Shown here one piece after another: positions 1-9,395 of a DNA stretch of 64,000 nucleotides. Source of the stretch: Promethearchaeota archaeon (GTDB taxonomy: Archaea; Asgardarchaeota; Lokiarchaeia; Sigyniarchaeales; SOKP01); assembly GCA_019058445.1 (NCBI GenBank), contig JAHPZA010000006.1, forward strand, positions 800,001 to 864,000, given 5' to 3'. The notes beneath the pieces are model-generated. The model was not told the origin of the DNA and made no database searches. It was given only the letters and a program-made list of their open reading frames with translations. The position numbers and the translations under genes were made by a program. Position 1 is the first letter of the stretch. Each line of letters starts with the position of its first letter.

Positions 1-2
1 TT

Positions 3-689
3 GTATTTGATAGTGCCGATCCTGATTTTTTTATCGCACATTTTGATGTTTCTACTCTCGTGGTATATCCAGATCAGCCCCCTCCAAAATCCGATGTTTT
101 AATTGGTATGCATCCGGTTTGTGAAGCATTCCGTACTATGCCAAAAGTATCAATCGCTAAATTAGAAGGAATAGCACGCGGAGGTGGAAGTGAATTCGTT
201 CTTGCACTTGATATGAGATTTGGAGCAATCGGTAAAGCAATCTTAGGTCAACCAGAAATAGTGGTAGGTATAATTCCTGGAGGTGGTGGTACCCAGAGAC
301 TCCCTCGCTTGATGGGGCGATCGCGTGCGATGGAAGCAATACTTGGAGGTATAGATTTTCCAGCTGAATTAGCTGAAAAATATGGATATATTAATCGTGC
401 GTTTCCTCCAGATGAGTTAACATCTTACGTGGAGGATCTTGCGTATCGAATTGCTTCATTTCCCGCTGAATCAATTGCTATTGCTAAAAAGGCTGTTTTA
501 ACCGCTTTAGAACAACCAATAGTTCAAGGCTTGCTTGAAGAAATGCATTTATTTAATCAAGCTTGTGCCTTACCAGCTGCTAAAGAGAGAATGAATTGGT
601 ACCTTCAAAGAGATGGTCAAACCCGAGAAGCAGAACTCGATGAAGCTGGTCTGCTTAGTGAATTTAAAAAATGGAAGAGTGAACAATAA
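3..689 (+). CDS. Enoyl-CoA hydratase/isomerase (crotonase) family protein, 5'-truncated by window edge
   Basis: Frame is open from base 3 (VFDSADPDFFIAHFDV...). Crotonase motifs IAKLEGIARGGGSEFVLALDMRF and QPEIVVGIIPGGGGTQRLPRLMG. Confidence 0.92.
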   Translation, partial: VFDSADPDFFIAHFDVSTLVVYPDQPPPKSDVLIGMHPVCEAFRTMPKVSIAKLEGIARGGGSEFVLALDMRFGAIGKAILGQPEIVVGIIPGGGGTQRLPRLMGRSRAMEAILGGIDFPAELAEKYGYINRAFPPDELTSYVEDLAYRIASFPAESIAIAKKAVLTALEQPIVQGLLEEMHLFNQACALPAAKERMNWYLQRDGQTREAELDEAGLLSEFKKWKSEQ

Positions 690-791
690 AAGACATAGAA
701 AACTTAAATAAGAACAAGATTAAATTGATACTAAACCAAGTGGTTATATGAAAGAATTATATATCAAAATGATTATAAAAAGGAGATTTAA

Positions 792-1805
792 ATGACCATA
801 AAACTCTCACCTTTAGTTCATATTGAAATTACGGTTCCCAATGCAGAAGAGGCTTATCAAGTTCTTCATAAGGTATTTGGGGCTAAGAGAGTCCAAGAAC
901 CATTCGAAAAATTTTTAGATGGTGAAATTGTGAAAGTGATTCATGTGGGACTTGGAGATGTGGTGTTACAATTTATTGAACCTGTACAAGAGGGGACTTC
1001 ATGGTATGAACAACTGAAAACCAAAGGTCCTGGAGTTCATAATTTGACGTTTACTGTAGAAAACATTAAAGAGACCGTGAAAGAACTGGAGAAAGAAGGT
1101 GGAATAGTACCCCTTTTTTCGTTTGATCTTGAATGGGAAAAAATGATACCTTCACAATACTTAAATCCGAATGCAAAGACCATATATATGATGGATTCTA
1201 TGGAAAAATTTGGATTTCATCTCGAGCTCGCTGAAGTTCCTTACACTAAAGATTTAAAACTGCCTGAAACCCGTTATGTGACAGGATTCAATGAATTAAT
1301 TGGGAATGTATCACCTATGCTCCACATAGAATTAGTCACGAATGATGCTGAGAAGACCTATGAGCTACTACATAAGCTTTTTGGTTCAGAAAAAGTAGAA
1401 ATCGAGTTTGCTGATTTCTTAGACACTCCTTTCATGCACATTATTCATGTAAATCTGAGTAATGTGGTTTTACAATACTGCCAACCTTTAGTTAAGAAAG
1501 GTGTTCCAAGTTGGTCTGAACTTCTGGATAAAAATGGGTCCTATGTTCACAATATCACATTTATAGTGGACAATATTCCAGAAACAGCTGAAAAATTTAA
1601 GAAAGAGGGAATAACTCCCGTTTTCACGTTTCCACTTCAATGGAATAAAGTAATCGAGAATGCTAAAACCGACCTACCACCAATCCATATGATGAATACT
1701 TTCGAGAAACTCGGCTTCCATTTAGAGCTTGGAGAAATGGTAACAGAGGATCCTAGCTCTACTAAAGAATTTTTATTTGTTGATTTGACAGATTTTAAAA
1801 AATAA
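792..1805 (+). CDS. Tandem VOC (glyoxalase/methylmalonyl-CoA epimerase-like) domain protein
   Basis: Two ~165-aa internal repeats (SPLVHIEITV/SPMLHIELVT, GPGVHNLTF/GSYVHNITF, FGFHLELAE/LGFHLELGE) with H/Q/H/E metal-ligand pattern. AGGAG RBS. Confidence 0.85.
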   Translation: MTIKLSPLVHIEITVPNAEEAYQVLHKVFGAKRVQEPFEKFLDGEIVKVIHVGLGDVVLQFIEPVQEGTSWYEQLKTKGPGVHNLTFTVENIKETVKELEKEGGIVPLFSFDLEWEKMIPSQYLNPNAKTIYMMDSMEKFGFHLELAEVPYTKDLKLPETRYVTGFNELIGNVSPMLHIELVTNDAEKTYELLHKLFGSEKVEIEFADFLDTPFMHIIHVNLSNVVLQYCQPLVKKGVPSWSELLDKNGSYVHNITFIVDNIPETAEKFKKEGITPVFTFPLQWNKVIENAKTDLPPIHMMNTFEKLGFHLELGEMVTEDPSSTKEFLFVDLTDFKK

Positions 1806-1854
1806 AAAAAATACAACTTTTTAAAATCTTTTTTTTAATTATGACTACCTATAT

Positions 1855-2205
1855 TTATTCAGGAATTAGGAATTCAGATAATTCTTTGCCTATTAATGTT
1901 TTTCCTTCTCTACTTGTTAATGATGCCGCTATTTCAAATGTGTATCCTTCGATATCTTGTGCGTAACTACTCAAGCGTCTAACAAAAAAATTTATTGCTT
2001 CTTTAAATTTCCCTTTTACTACTTTAAATATACCGGTTCCCTTTATACCAGTTTTAGTTGCCCAAGACTCCCATGGAGTTAGAGGTTTTATGAATGGAGA
2101 ATTTATAGGATATATTTTTTCAACCTCAATAAATTTTTTCGCAACTTCATTACTTTTCTCAATAGGGTACCATACATTAATTAAAATATTTACCACTTTA
2201 TCCAC
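1855..2205 (-). CDS. Small hypothetical protein
   Basis: 116-aa ORF with purine-rich RBS and alternating beta/alpha pattern. No family recognised. Confidence 0.6.
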   Translation of the reverse strand: MDKVVNILINVWYPIEKSNEVAKKFIEVEKIYPINSPFIKPLTPWESWATKTGIKGTGIFKVVKGKFKEAINFFVRRLSSYAQDIEGYTFEIAASLTSREGKTLIGKELSEFLIPE

Positions 2206-2246
2206 TTCCTTTTGATTTTATAAGTCAAATTTAAAATAAAAATAAG

Positions 2247-2522
2247 CTAAATAATCTTTTCTTTTTAAAATTTTTGAATATCCTCATCAGTATAATTTAG
2301 CCATTCTAAAATTTCTTTTGTGTTCTGTCCTATTTTGAGGGCAGGACTTCGTATTGTAGGAGGTGTCCTTGACATTTTAATCGGTGAAGCTAAATTTTTA
2401 ATTTTTCCCAATACTAGATGGTCCATTTCAACAACTATATTACGTGCAATAATTTGAGGGTCTTCACACGCCTCGGCAAAATTTTTAATAGGTGCGATAT
2501 AAGTATCATAATTTTTAAAAAT
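2247..2522 (-). pseudogene. 3' remnant of a family III CoA-transferase (CaiB/BaiF)
   Basis: Manual translation: IFKNYDTYIAPIKNFAEACEDPQIIARNIVVEMDHLVLGKIKNLASPIKMSRTPPTIRSPALKIGQNTKEILEWLNYTDEDIQKF*KEKII*. Matches the CaiB/BaiF C-terminus. Upstream in-frame stop, no N-terminal portion, and an internal TAA. Confidence 0.85.
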
Positions 2523-2654
2523 TTACTCTAGGACAGCCAGGCTTAGGTTTTACTAATGTAATGCATGTTTTTTTTAGAGATCTTTAATATCTTTTTTTCT
2601 AATTTTTATTGAAGAATGTTTTACTTCAAAAACTTAAGTAAAAAATAAATAAAA

Positions 2655-3359
2655 TTAGTGTAATTCTTTATGTAATTTTTTTCTTTTTAATTCTTTGATG
2701 CATCTAGGTATATCTCCATATCCTTCCACAGCACCAGCAATAAGTAAATAAGAATATATAATTGTAAATGGAAGCCATAATATCCAATAATTGATATTTA
2801 AGCAAGTAGTGATAATAAGATGTGCTAAAAATTGAATCAAGTTTACTGGCGTTCCAATCAAATGCAATAATGCCCGTCTATTGAAATTTGACCTTAAATA
2901 TGATGAATATTCTATATCTAATGTTGGTTGAAATCTATATATTCCCCACCCATTAAACCTTATTTTAAATAGCTTCGCAATAAGAAGATGCGATAATTCA
3001 TGAGGTCCTAACATTATTAAAAAGATAAATAATATCCATAAGAAGAATCCAATCCAAAATAATTGTTTAGATCTATTTAAAGGAATTGACTGACTCAGAA
3101 TAAAGAAATCAAACCACCACATCCATGCTATAATACCAATCAATAGTGTGCCCACCGATAATAAAGTATTACTCCACATCTTATACAATCTCCATGGAGT
3201 ATTCTGTGCTTTTATATTTCCAAACTTTTCTGCTACTCTTTCTGGTACGGAATTATATTTTACTTTCGCTTCATGGACTAATTTCCAGAATTCCTTCTTT
3301 TCATTTGGAGATAATTTTCCTTTATTGAGAAACCCATCTAATTTATCTTCTAATTCCAT
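2655..3359 (-). CDS. Membrane protein with HExxH motif (M50/site-2-protease-like)
   Basis: GPHELSHLL follows a TM helix, with several TM segments and a C-terminal GD. Start set at ATG 3359 (MELEDK) to avoid overlap with the upstream gene. Confidence 0.65.
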   Translation of the reverse strand: MELEDKLDGFLNKGKLSPNEKKEFWKLVHEAKVKYNSVPERVAEKFGNIKAQNTPWRLYKMWSNTLLSVGTLLIGIIAWMWWFDFFILSQSIPLNRSKQLFWIGFFLWILFIFLIMLGPHELSHLLIAKLFKIRFNGWGIYRFQPTLDIEYSSYLRSNFNRRALLHLIGTPVNLIQFLAHLIITTCLNINYWILWLPFTIIYSYLLIAGAVEGYGDIPRCIKELKRKKLHKELH

Positions 3360-3375
3360 TATAGATCTCTTGAGG

Positions 3376-3825
3376 TTATAATAATTCCTTAGTATATTTA
3401 AGACCAAATAAAGGCGCTTCAATCATTAATAAAAGAATAGTATTTAATATGGCATTTGACCAATTTAAAAAATAAATAGAGACCATTGTATCTGGGATAT
3501 ACCATAATAAAATTGTAATAACCATTGCTGTCCAAGCCCAATTCTCTTTTTTCCTAAGGGGATACCATACTATAAAGATCATTACACTACTCCATCCAAT
3601 TATGGTTGCTCCCATTACTGCGGTAAGAAAATTAATGAACGAATATGCTTGTGGATTATAGCTATTATAATCCTGACCAACACTACTTAATAAAGCTTGT
3701 GAATTGGACATTAGTCCCATTACATACATCAATATTCCAAAAATAGAAATGATAATACAGTCGATTAAAAGGAGACTCCACCATATTTTATAATTTTTTG
3801 AAGTTTGAATATCTGTATTTGACAT
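3376..3825 (-). CDS. 4-TM membrane protein, unknown function
   Basis: 149 aa with four hydrophobic segments. GAGGG RBS. Confidence 0.75.
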   Translation of the reverse strand: MSNTDIQTSKNYKIWWSLLLIDCIIISIFGILMYVMGLMSNSQALLSSVGQDYNSYNPQAYSFINFLTAVMGATIIGWSSVMIFIVWYPLRKKENWAWTAMVITILLWYIPDTMVSIYFLNWSNAILNTILLLMIEAPLFGLKYTKELL

Positions 3826-4187
3826 TTTCCCTCATTTTAATTTTTATTTTAAAAAATATTCGAGTTTTTTGTGAGAAAATTAATATTTGCTTTTAAATAT
3901 TATGGAAAATTCTGTTAAATCAACGCTATCCTAATATATCGAAACAAATTTCGATTTAAACGGAAATTCCGTATTTTTAATGAATTACGGAATTCTCGTA
4001 AAAATATAGTCACAAAAATGAAATTTGACTTTTTTTTATATTTCTCCTTTTTTTGAAAATTTTATGGAATAAAATCTTAATTCAAACTTCAATATATTCG
4101 AGAATTGTTCTCAACTTTTTATAATCGAAATAGAAAAAAATGGAAATAAAAAAATATATGCATTAAATTCTTTGAGTAGTTTACTGC

Positions 4188-5720
4188 TTAATCCTCTTCT
4201 TTGACGATGTATTTTGCCATGTCATCATCGTAACTATACATGTGGAACTTATTAGGGCTAAGTAAGAAATTTGGATCTACAGTTTTTTTCATATCCTTAA
4301 AGAATTGCCTAAATTCGGGGGTATAGGCATCAGCTTCAACAACTGATTGTGAAATCGACTCTCCAAGCCAATAATGCGCTGCTCCATATCGAACCTGAGA
4401 TCTTATCTTCTTATGCCAAATATTCATATTCTTTTCGCGCTGCCCATCCACATTATCACCGCCGACACCTCCTAATACCACATAATTTCCGTTTGGTAAG
4501 AAGTATAGCATAGAGGCAAATATGCCAGGAAAACTTCCAGGGGGATATTCATCTTTATGTTTTAAACTAAAATCTTTAATCTTTTTATACACCTCCCCCA
4601 TAGTTGAAATTGGAATCTTGTGACAAGTAGCCATTGAAATTCTAGAAGGCACAGGGGAAATAGATGCTTGAAAAAATTGGAATGTTGTCTTTAAGTTATA
4701 ACCCCATTCTGGAGCCGCTTCTAATTCGGGATTAAAAATTTTATACGATAAAGGTTGAGTATCGTTTTCCATAATCCTCTCAAGTTTTTCCAGATGTGTA
4801 TCGAGAATACTTTTTTCAGTTGCTTCCAATAGTATATTCATGAGCGGACCTCTTATTTTTAGCTTTTTAAATTCCCTAATGGGTGATTGAGCGGCGACCA
4901 TTTGAACTAAAATTGTAGGCAGTACAGAGAGGTCATGTAATCCTTCTGCTAACTCAAATCTTATCTTATGCGATAGTTCAAATACTTTATTGTAATCCTC
5001 TTTATTAAGGAAATACATTCGTGCGGCTTTATAGGGAGGATCGCGGTGTAACCTCAGAAAAGCCTTAGTTTTAATCCCCATGGTTCCTACATCGCCCATA
5101 AACAGGCCTGTGAAGTCAGGAGCAACACCGTACCTGCAAAAGGGTTGCGCATACTTGTTTGCTGCAGATCCAGTTCTAATTATAGTTCCCTGGGGATTAG
5201 GCAGTACAACCTCAACTCCAAGGCAAATATCCGGTACTAAACCATATTTAGTGGAACCTCCTCCAGCAGTACTGTTTGAAAGACCCCCTCCAATTGTTGC
5301 AGAAAATCCACTTCCTGGACCAATAATACCTGTAGTATATCCTGTAGGGTGCAGTGCTGATATGAGAGCACCCCATGTAACTCCACACTCCACAACGATA
5401 TAGTAATCTTTTTTATTAATCTCCAATATTTTATTCATTCTTGTAAGGTCTATAAGAATTCCTCCTTGAGTTACGGAACCACCCACTAAGTCGGCTCCTC
5501 CGCCTCTTGGAACCATTTTAATTTTATATTTGTTAGCAATCTTTACAATTTCGGAAATTTCTTCAACGGTTTCGGGTCGCACAATCATATCCGCCCATCT
5601 ATCCGGAAAAGCAGGATCAACATTCCTACTATATGCAGCTTTCATGAAATCTTTATCTGTAATAAAATCTTGTCCAACAATACCTTCGATTGCTTTATAG
5701 GCATCTTTTACTTTCGACAT
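4188..5720 (-). CDS. FAD-binding oxidoreductase (GlcD/VAO-PCMH superfamily), paralog 1
   Basis: IVRPETVEEISEIVKIAN, VPRGGGADLVGG, ATIGG, GTMGIKTKA and C-terminal KKTVDPNFLLSPNK. Confidence 0.92.
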   Translation of the reverse strand: MSKVKDAYKAIEGIVGQDFITDKDFMKAAYSRNVDPAFPDRWADMIVRPETVEEISEIVKIANKYKIKMVPRGGGADLVGGSVTQGGILIDLTRMNKILEINKKDYYIVVECGVTWGALISALHPTGYTTGIIGPGSGFSATIGGGLSNSTAGGGSTKYGLVPDICLGVEVVLPNPQGTIIRTGSAANKYAQPFCRYGVAPDFTGLFMGDVGTMGIKTKAFLRLHRDPPYKAARMYFLNKEDYNKVFELSHKIRFELAEGLHDLSVLPTILVQMVAAQSPIREFKKLKIRGPLMNILLEATEKSILDTHLEKLERIMENDTQPLSYKIFNPELEAAPEWGYNLKTTFQFFQASISPVPSRISMATCHKIPISTMGEVYKKIKDFSLKHKDEYPPGSFPGIFASMLYFLPNGNYVVLGGVGGDNVDGQREKNMNIWHKKIRSQVRYGAAHYWLGESISQSVVEADAYTPEFRQFFKDMKKTVDPNFLLSPNKFHMYSYDDDMAKYIVKEED

Positions 5721-5831
5721 TTCACCACCTTTATTTTAATTTTTTTTATTAGAGCTATTTTTTTTGGTTTATTTAATATTTTTGACTAAATTGTATTTAA
5801 AAGAGTGATTTCTTAAATTATTAAAATTTAT

Positions 5832-7505
5832 TTAATCTCGTTTGATTTCATATCCCGTCTTTTCTCTGTCATAAGTACTTTCTGTTATTCCGCGTTCTTT
5901 GAGATAGCGTTTCATAACTCGATGAACTTCACTTTTAGGGAGCTTTTCAACAAAATCAATATATCGAGGAATCATAAAATAGGCCATTTTCCCTTGGCAG
6001 AAATCTAAAAGTTCTTCTGGGGTCATTCTCTCACCCGGTTTTAATACTACCGAAACCATTACTTCATCCTCACCTAATTCAGATTTAACACCATAAGCAG
6101 CTGATTCTAAAACCTTATCGTGTAAATTTATTACTCTTTCAACACTATAGGGTGCAATATTTTCTCCACGGCGTCTAATAGATTCTTTTTTCCTATCTAC
6201 GAAATAAAACCAGCCCTCATTATCCTTATATGCTAAATCCCCCGTATGAAACCATTTTTGGCCGTCATTGCCTTCAAATATTAGACTTTTCGAAGATTCC
6301 TCGTCTTTGTAGTATTTAACGGTTCTTTGCTTGACTTCACTCTCTCTGACTAAAAAAACTAATTCTCCGACCTTTTCTGATTCTTTGAAAATTGTGCCAT
6401 CTTCATCCATTATTTCAGCAACTACTCCTGGTAATGGTTTTCCCATTGTACCGGGAGGAACTTCTTCTGCGCCACCTGTTGTGAGCATGAATCCTCCTCC
6501 GTCAGTAGCGCCATAACCTTCAGATAGTTTCACACCAAATCTTTCCTGAAATGCCACCCATAATTCTTTCGGGCATGCTGCAGAATTAATTTGCCTTACA
6601 CTATGATCCTTGTCATTTGGTCTTTCTGGTTGTTTCATTAGGATTGGAATCATAGCTCCTAATGCGTTATGTGCAGTCACTCCATATTTACGACAAATAT
6701 CCCAATGTCTGCTGGCGCTAAATCTTTTTGCTAAAATTAATGGTCTTTCTGAAAAGTAAGCTGGTAAACTGGTTAGAAATAATGCATTTGAATGGAATAA
6801 GGGTAAACATGTAAATAATATATCATCTGAGGCAGCCAGCATAGAAATCATTCCCATTAGTGTTTGGATACTTAGTCCACCAATCAATTTACCTTGCCAA
6901 AACATAACTGCTTTAGGAAGTCCCGTTGTGCCCGCAGTATACATGAGCATTACTATATCTTTAGTGCTTATCTCCAGTTCGATATCATCATTAGATGCCT
7001 TCATAACTTCTTGAAGAGATATAACGCTCTCTGGTAATTTAAACTCCTCAGGAGCTTCATTGGTATCAACAATTATACATCTAATTTCGGGTAATCTTTC
7101 CTTAACTTCCATAACAGCGTCTAAAAATGACCAATGAACAATAACAGCCGACGCATCAGAGTGATCTATTATAAACTGTAAGCCATCTCCTCTTAAGGCT
7201 ATATTTACCATCACAGAATACATTCCGGTCTTAAATGTGGCAAAAACAGTTAAAAGGAATTCAGGGGAATTAATCTCCATGAGAGCAACACCTTCACCCT
7301 TTTTCAAACCTAATTTAAGAAGTCCGTTTCCTAAACGATTTGATAATAAATGTATATCCTTATAAGTGTATTTCTCATCAATTCCTTTATCAAAGTCCCT
7401 AATATACGTCATATACACTTTATCCGGGACAGTCTCTGCTTTATGTTTAATAATATCTCTTAATAAGGTTCTTCTTGAAACTCTGAATTTTTTGGTTTTT
7501 GACAT
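5832..7505 (-). CDS. AMP-forming acyl-CoA ligase, CaiC-like
   Basis: YTAGTTGLPK, LPLFHSNA, EGYGATD, WFHTGD, FVDRKKESIRRRGENI. Confidence 0.92.
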   Translation of the reverse strand: MSKTKKFRVSRRTLLRDIIKHKAETVPDKVYMTYIRDFDKGIDEKYTYKDIHLLSNRLGNGLLKLGLKKGEGVALMEINSPEFLLTVFATFKTGMYSVMVNIALRGDGLQFIIDHSDASAVIVHWSFLDAVMEVKERLPEIRCIIVDTNEAPEEFKLPESVISLQEVMKASNDDIELEISTKDIVMLMYTAGTTGLPKAVMFWQGKLIGGLSIQTLMGMISMLAASDDILFTCLPLFHSNALFLTSLPAYFSERPLILAKRFSASRHWDICRKYGVTAHNALGAMIPILMKQPERPNDKDHSVRQINSAACPKELWVAFQERFGVKLSEGYGATDGGGFMLTTGGAEEVPPGTMGKPLPGVVAEIMDEDGTIFKESEKVGELVFLVRESEVKQRTVKYYKDEESSKSLIFEGNDGQKWFHTGDLAYKDNEGWFYFVDRKKESIRRRGENIAPYSVERVINLHDKVLESAAYGVKSELGEDEVMVSVVLKPGERMTPEELLDFCQGKMAYFMIPRYIDFVEKLPKSEVHRVMKRYLKERGITESTYDREKTGYEIKRD

Positions 7506-7604
7506 TTTACCTCATTTTTAATTTTTTTTTCATAATGATGTGTTTTACTTAAAAATAAATAAAATAATTATTTCCAATATTGAATATTATTAAAATTAAT
7601 CTAC

Positions 7605-9323
7605 TTATGCCCCCTTAAAATATCCTCCTTTTTCTCGGTCATAAGTATCTTTTGTTACTCCGCGTTCTTTAAGAAATCGCTTCATTATCCGATGGACTTC
7701 GCTCTTGGGAAGTTCTTCCACGAATTCGATAAATCGAGGAATTTGAAATGTAGCAAGTTTATCTTTACAATAGTCAAGTAATTCTTCAGGAGTCAAGGTT
7801 TCACTAGGTTTTAAAATCACAGCTACCATCACCTCATCTTCAGCATAATCTTCTCCCACCTGAGACGATTTTATACCGTAAGCTGCTGATTCCAAAACTT
7901 TATCATGTCTATTAATTATTTTTTCAATACTCCATGCTGCAATGTTTTCTCCACGTCTCCTAATTGAATCTTTTTTCCGATCCACGAAGAAGACCCATCC
8001 CTCTTTATCTTTTGTTGCTAAATCCCCGGTATGAAACCATAATTGCCCATCTGCTCCTTTTTGAATTAATCTTTTAGACGCAGCTTCATCTTTATAATAT
8101 TTAACCTGTCTCTGTTCTTTTTCCTCTTCTCTTACTAAAAAGACTAGTTCTCCTACTTCATCGGATCCTAAAATATTACCATCCTCATCCATAATTTCTG
8201 CAACAACATTACCCGCGGGTTTTCCCATAGTACCCACTGGAGGTTTTTCTTTTTCTCTGCCATAAGTTCCCAAGAAAAAACCCCCTCCATCCACTGCACC
8301 ATAAGCCTCATAGACTTTCACATTAAATCTCTCTTCAAATTCCTCAATTAGTTCTTTAGGGCATGCAGCTGAATTCACACGCCACACTTTATTCTCTCCA
8401 TCGTTCGGTCGTGGAGGTTGTTTTAACAAATATTGTGGCATTGAGCCCAATAGGTTAAAATTTGTCACTTTATATTTTCGAATCATATCCCAAAATCTTG
8501 AAGCAGAAAACCTCTTTGCGAGGATAACGGGCCACTCCGCCATATATCCAGGCATTGTGGTTAATTGAAGAGCATTTCCATGGAATAATGGTAAACAAGT
8601 GAACAACACATCACCTGGACGACCTACCATAAACGCGATTAAATTGATATACCCCAGCGCATCGCCCATCAAAGATTTTCCATAAAAGAAAGTCGTGGCT
8701 TTAGGGAGCCCGGTGGTTCCTGATGTATATATTAGGATGGCCATATCGTTTGGATCGATGTCTACTTCGATATCATCCTCAGGGGCATCCATTACACTTT
8801 GTAGAGATAATGTATCCTCAGGTAATTTAAAATCATTTGGGGCTTCATTTTTATCTATAATAACATATTTGATTTTTGGCAATTGATCCTTTATTTTTAA
8901 ATACGCGTCTACTAAAGTCCAATGAAGGATAAAGGCTTTAGAATCACTATGATTAATAATATATTGTAATCCATCCCCTCTTAACCCCGTATTAACTAAC
9001 ACTACATAACAGCCCATTTTAAAACTAGCAAACAATACAAAGAGATATTCAGGACTATTTATTTCAAATATGGAAATTCCATCCCCCTTTTTTAATCCCA
9101 ATTTCATTAAACCATTGGCTAATCGGTTGGATTGTATATGCATATCTTTATATGTATATTTCTCCTCAATATTATTATCAAAATCTCGAATGTAAGTTAA
9201 GAGTACTTTATCTCCTACTCTTTCTGCTTTCCGTTTTACAATATCACCAAAAGTAGTGGTTTGGGTAATTCCTTCTTTTTTCTTAACCATATTTAAATAC
9301 ATTTCAATTTGTTCTTGCGACAT
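7605..9323 (-). CDS. AMP-forming acyl-CoA ligase, CaiC-like
   Basis: YTSGTTGLPK, LPLFHGNA, WFHTGD, DRKKDSIRRRGENI. Confidence 0.92.
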   Translation of the reverse strand: MSQEQIEMYLNMVKKKEGITQTTTFGDIVKRKAERVGDKVLLTYIRDFDNNIEEKYTYKDMHIQSNRLANGLMKLGLKKGDGISIFEINSPEYLFVLFASFKMGCYVVLVNTGLRGDGLQYIINHSDSKAFILHWTLVDAYLKIKDQLPKIKYVIIDKNEAPNDFKLPEDTLSLQSVMDAPEDDIEVDIDPNDMAILIYTSGTTGLPKATTFFYGKSLMGDALGYINLIAFMVGRPGDVLFTCLPLFHGNALQLTTMPGYMAEWPVILAKRFSASRFWDMIRKYKVTNFNLLGSMPQYLLKQPPRPNDGENKVWRVNSAACPKELIEEFEERFNVKVYEAYGAVDGGGFFLGTYGREKEKPPVGTMGKPAGNVVAEIMDEDGNILGSDEVGELVFLVREEEKEQRQVKYYKDEAASKRLIQKGADGQLWFHTGDLATKDKEGWVFFVDRKKDSIRRRGENIAAWSIEKIINRHDKVLESAAYGIKSSQVGEDYAEDEVMVAVILKPSETLTPEELLDYCKDKLATFQIPRFIEFVEELPKSEVHRIMKRFLKERGVTKDTYDREKGGYFKGA

Positions 9324-9395
9324 CTTTAATCAATTTGTATCTTATATTTCTGAAAGTATGTTCTATAACTTGTTTAAAATATATTAAAAAAAAGA

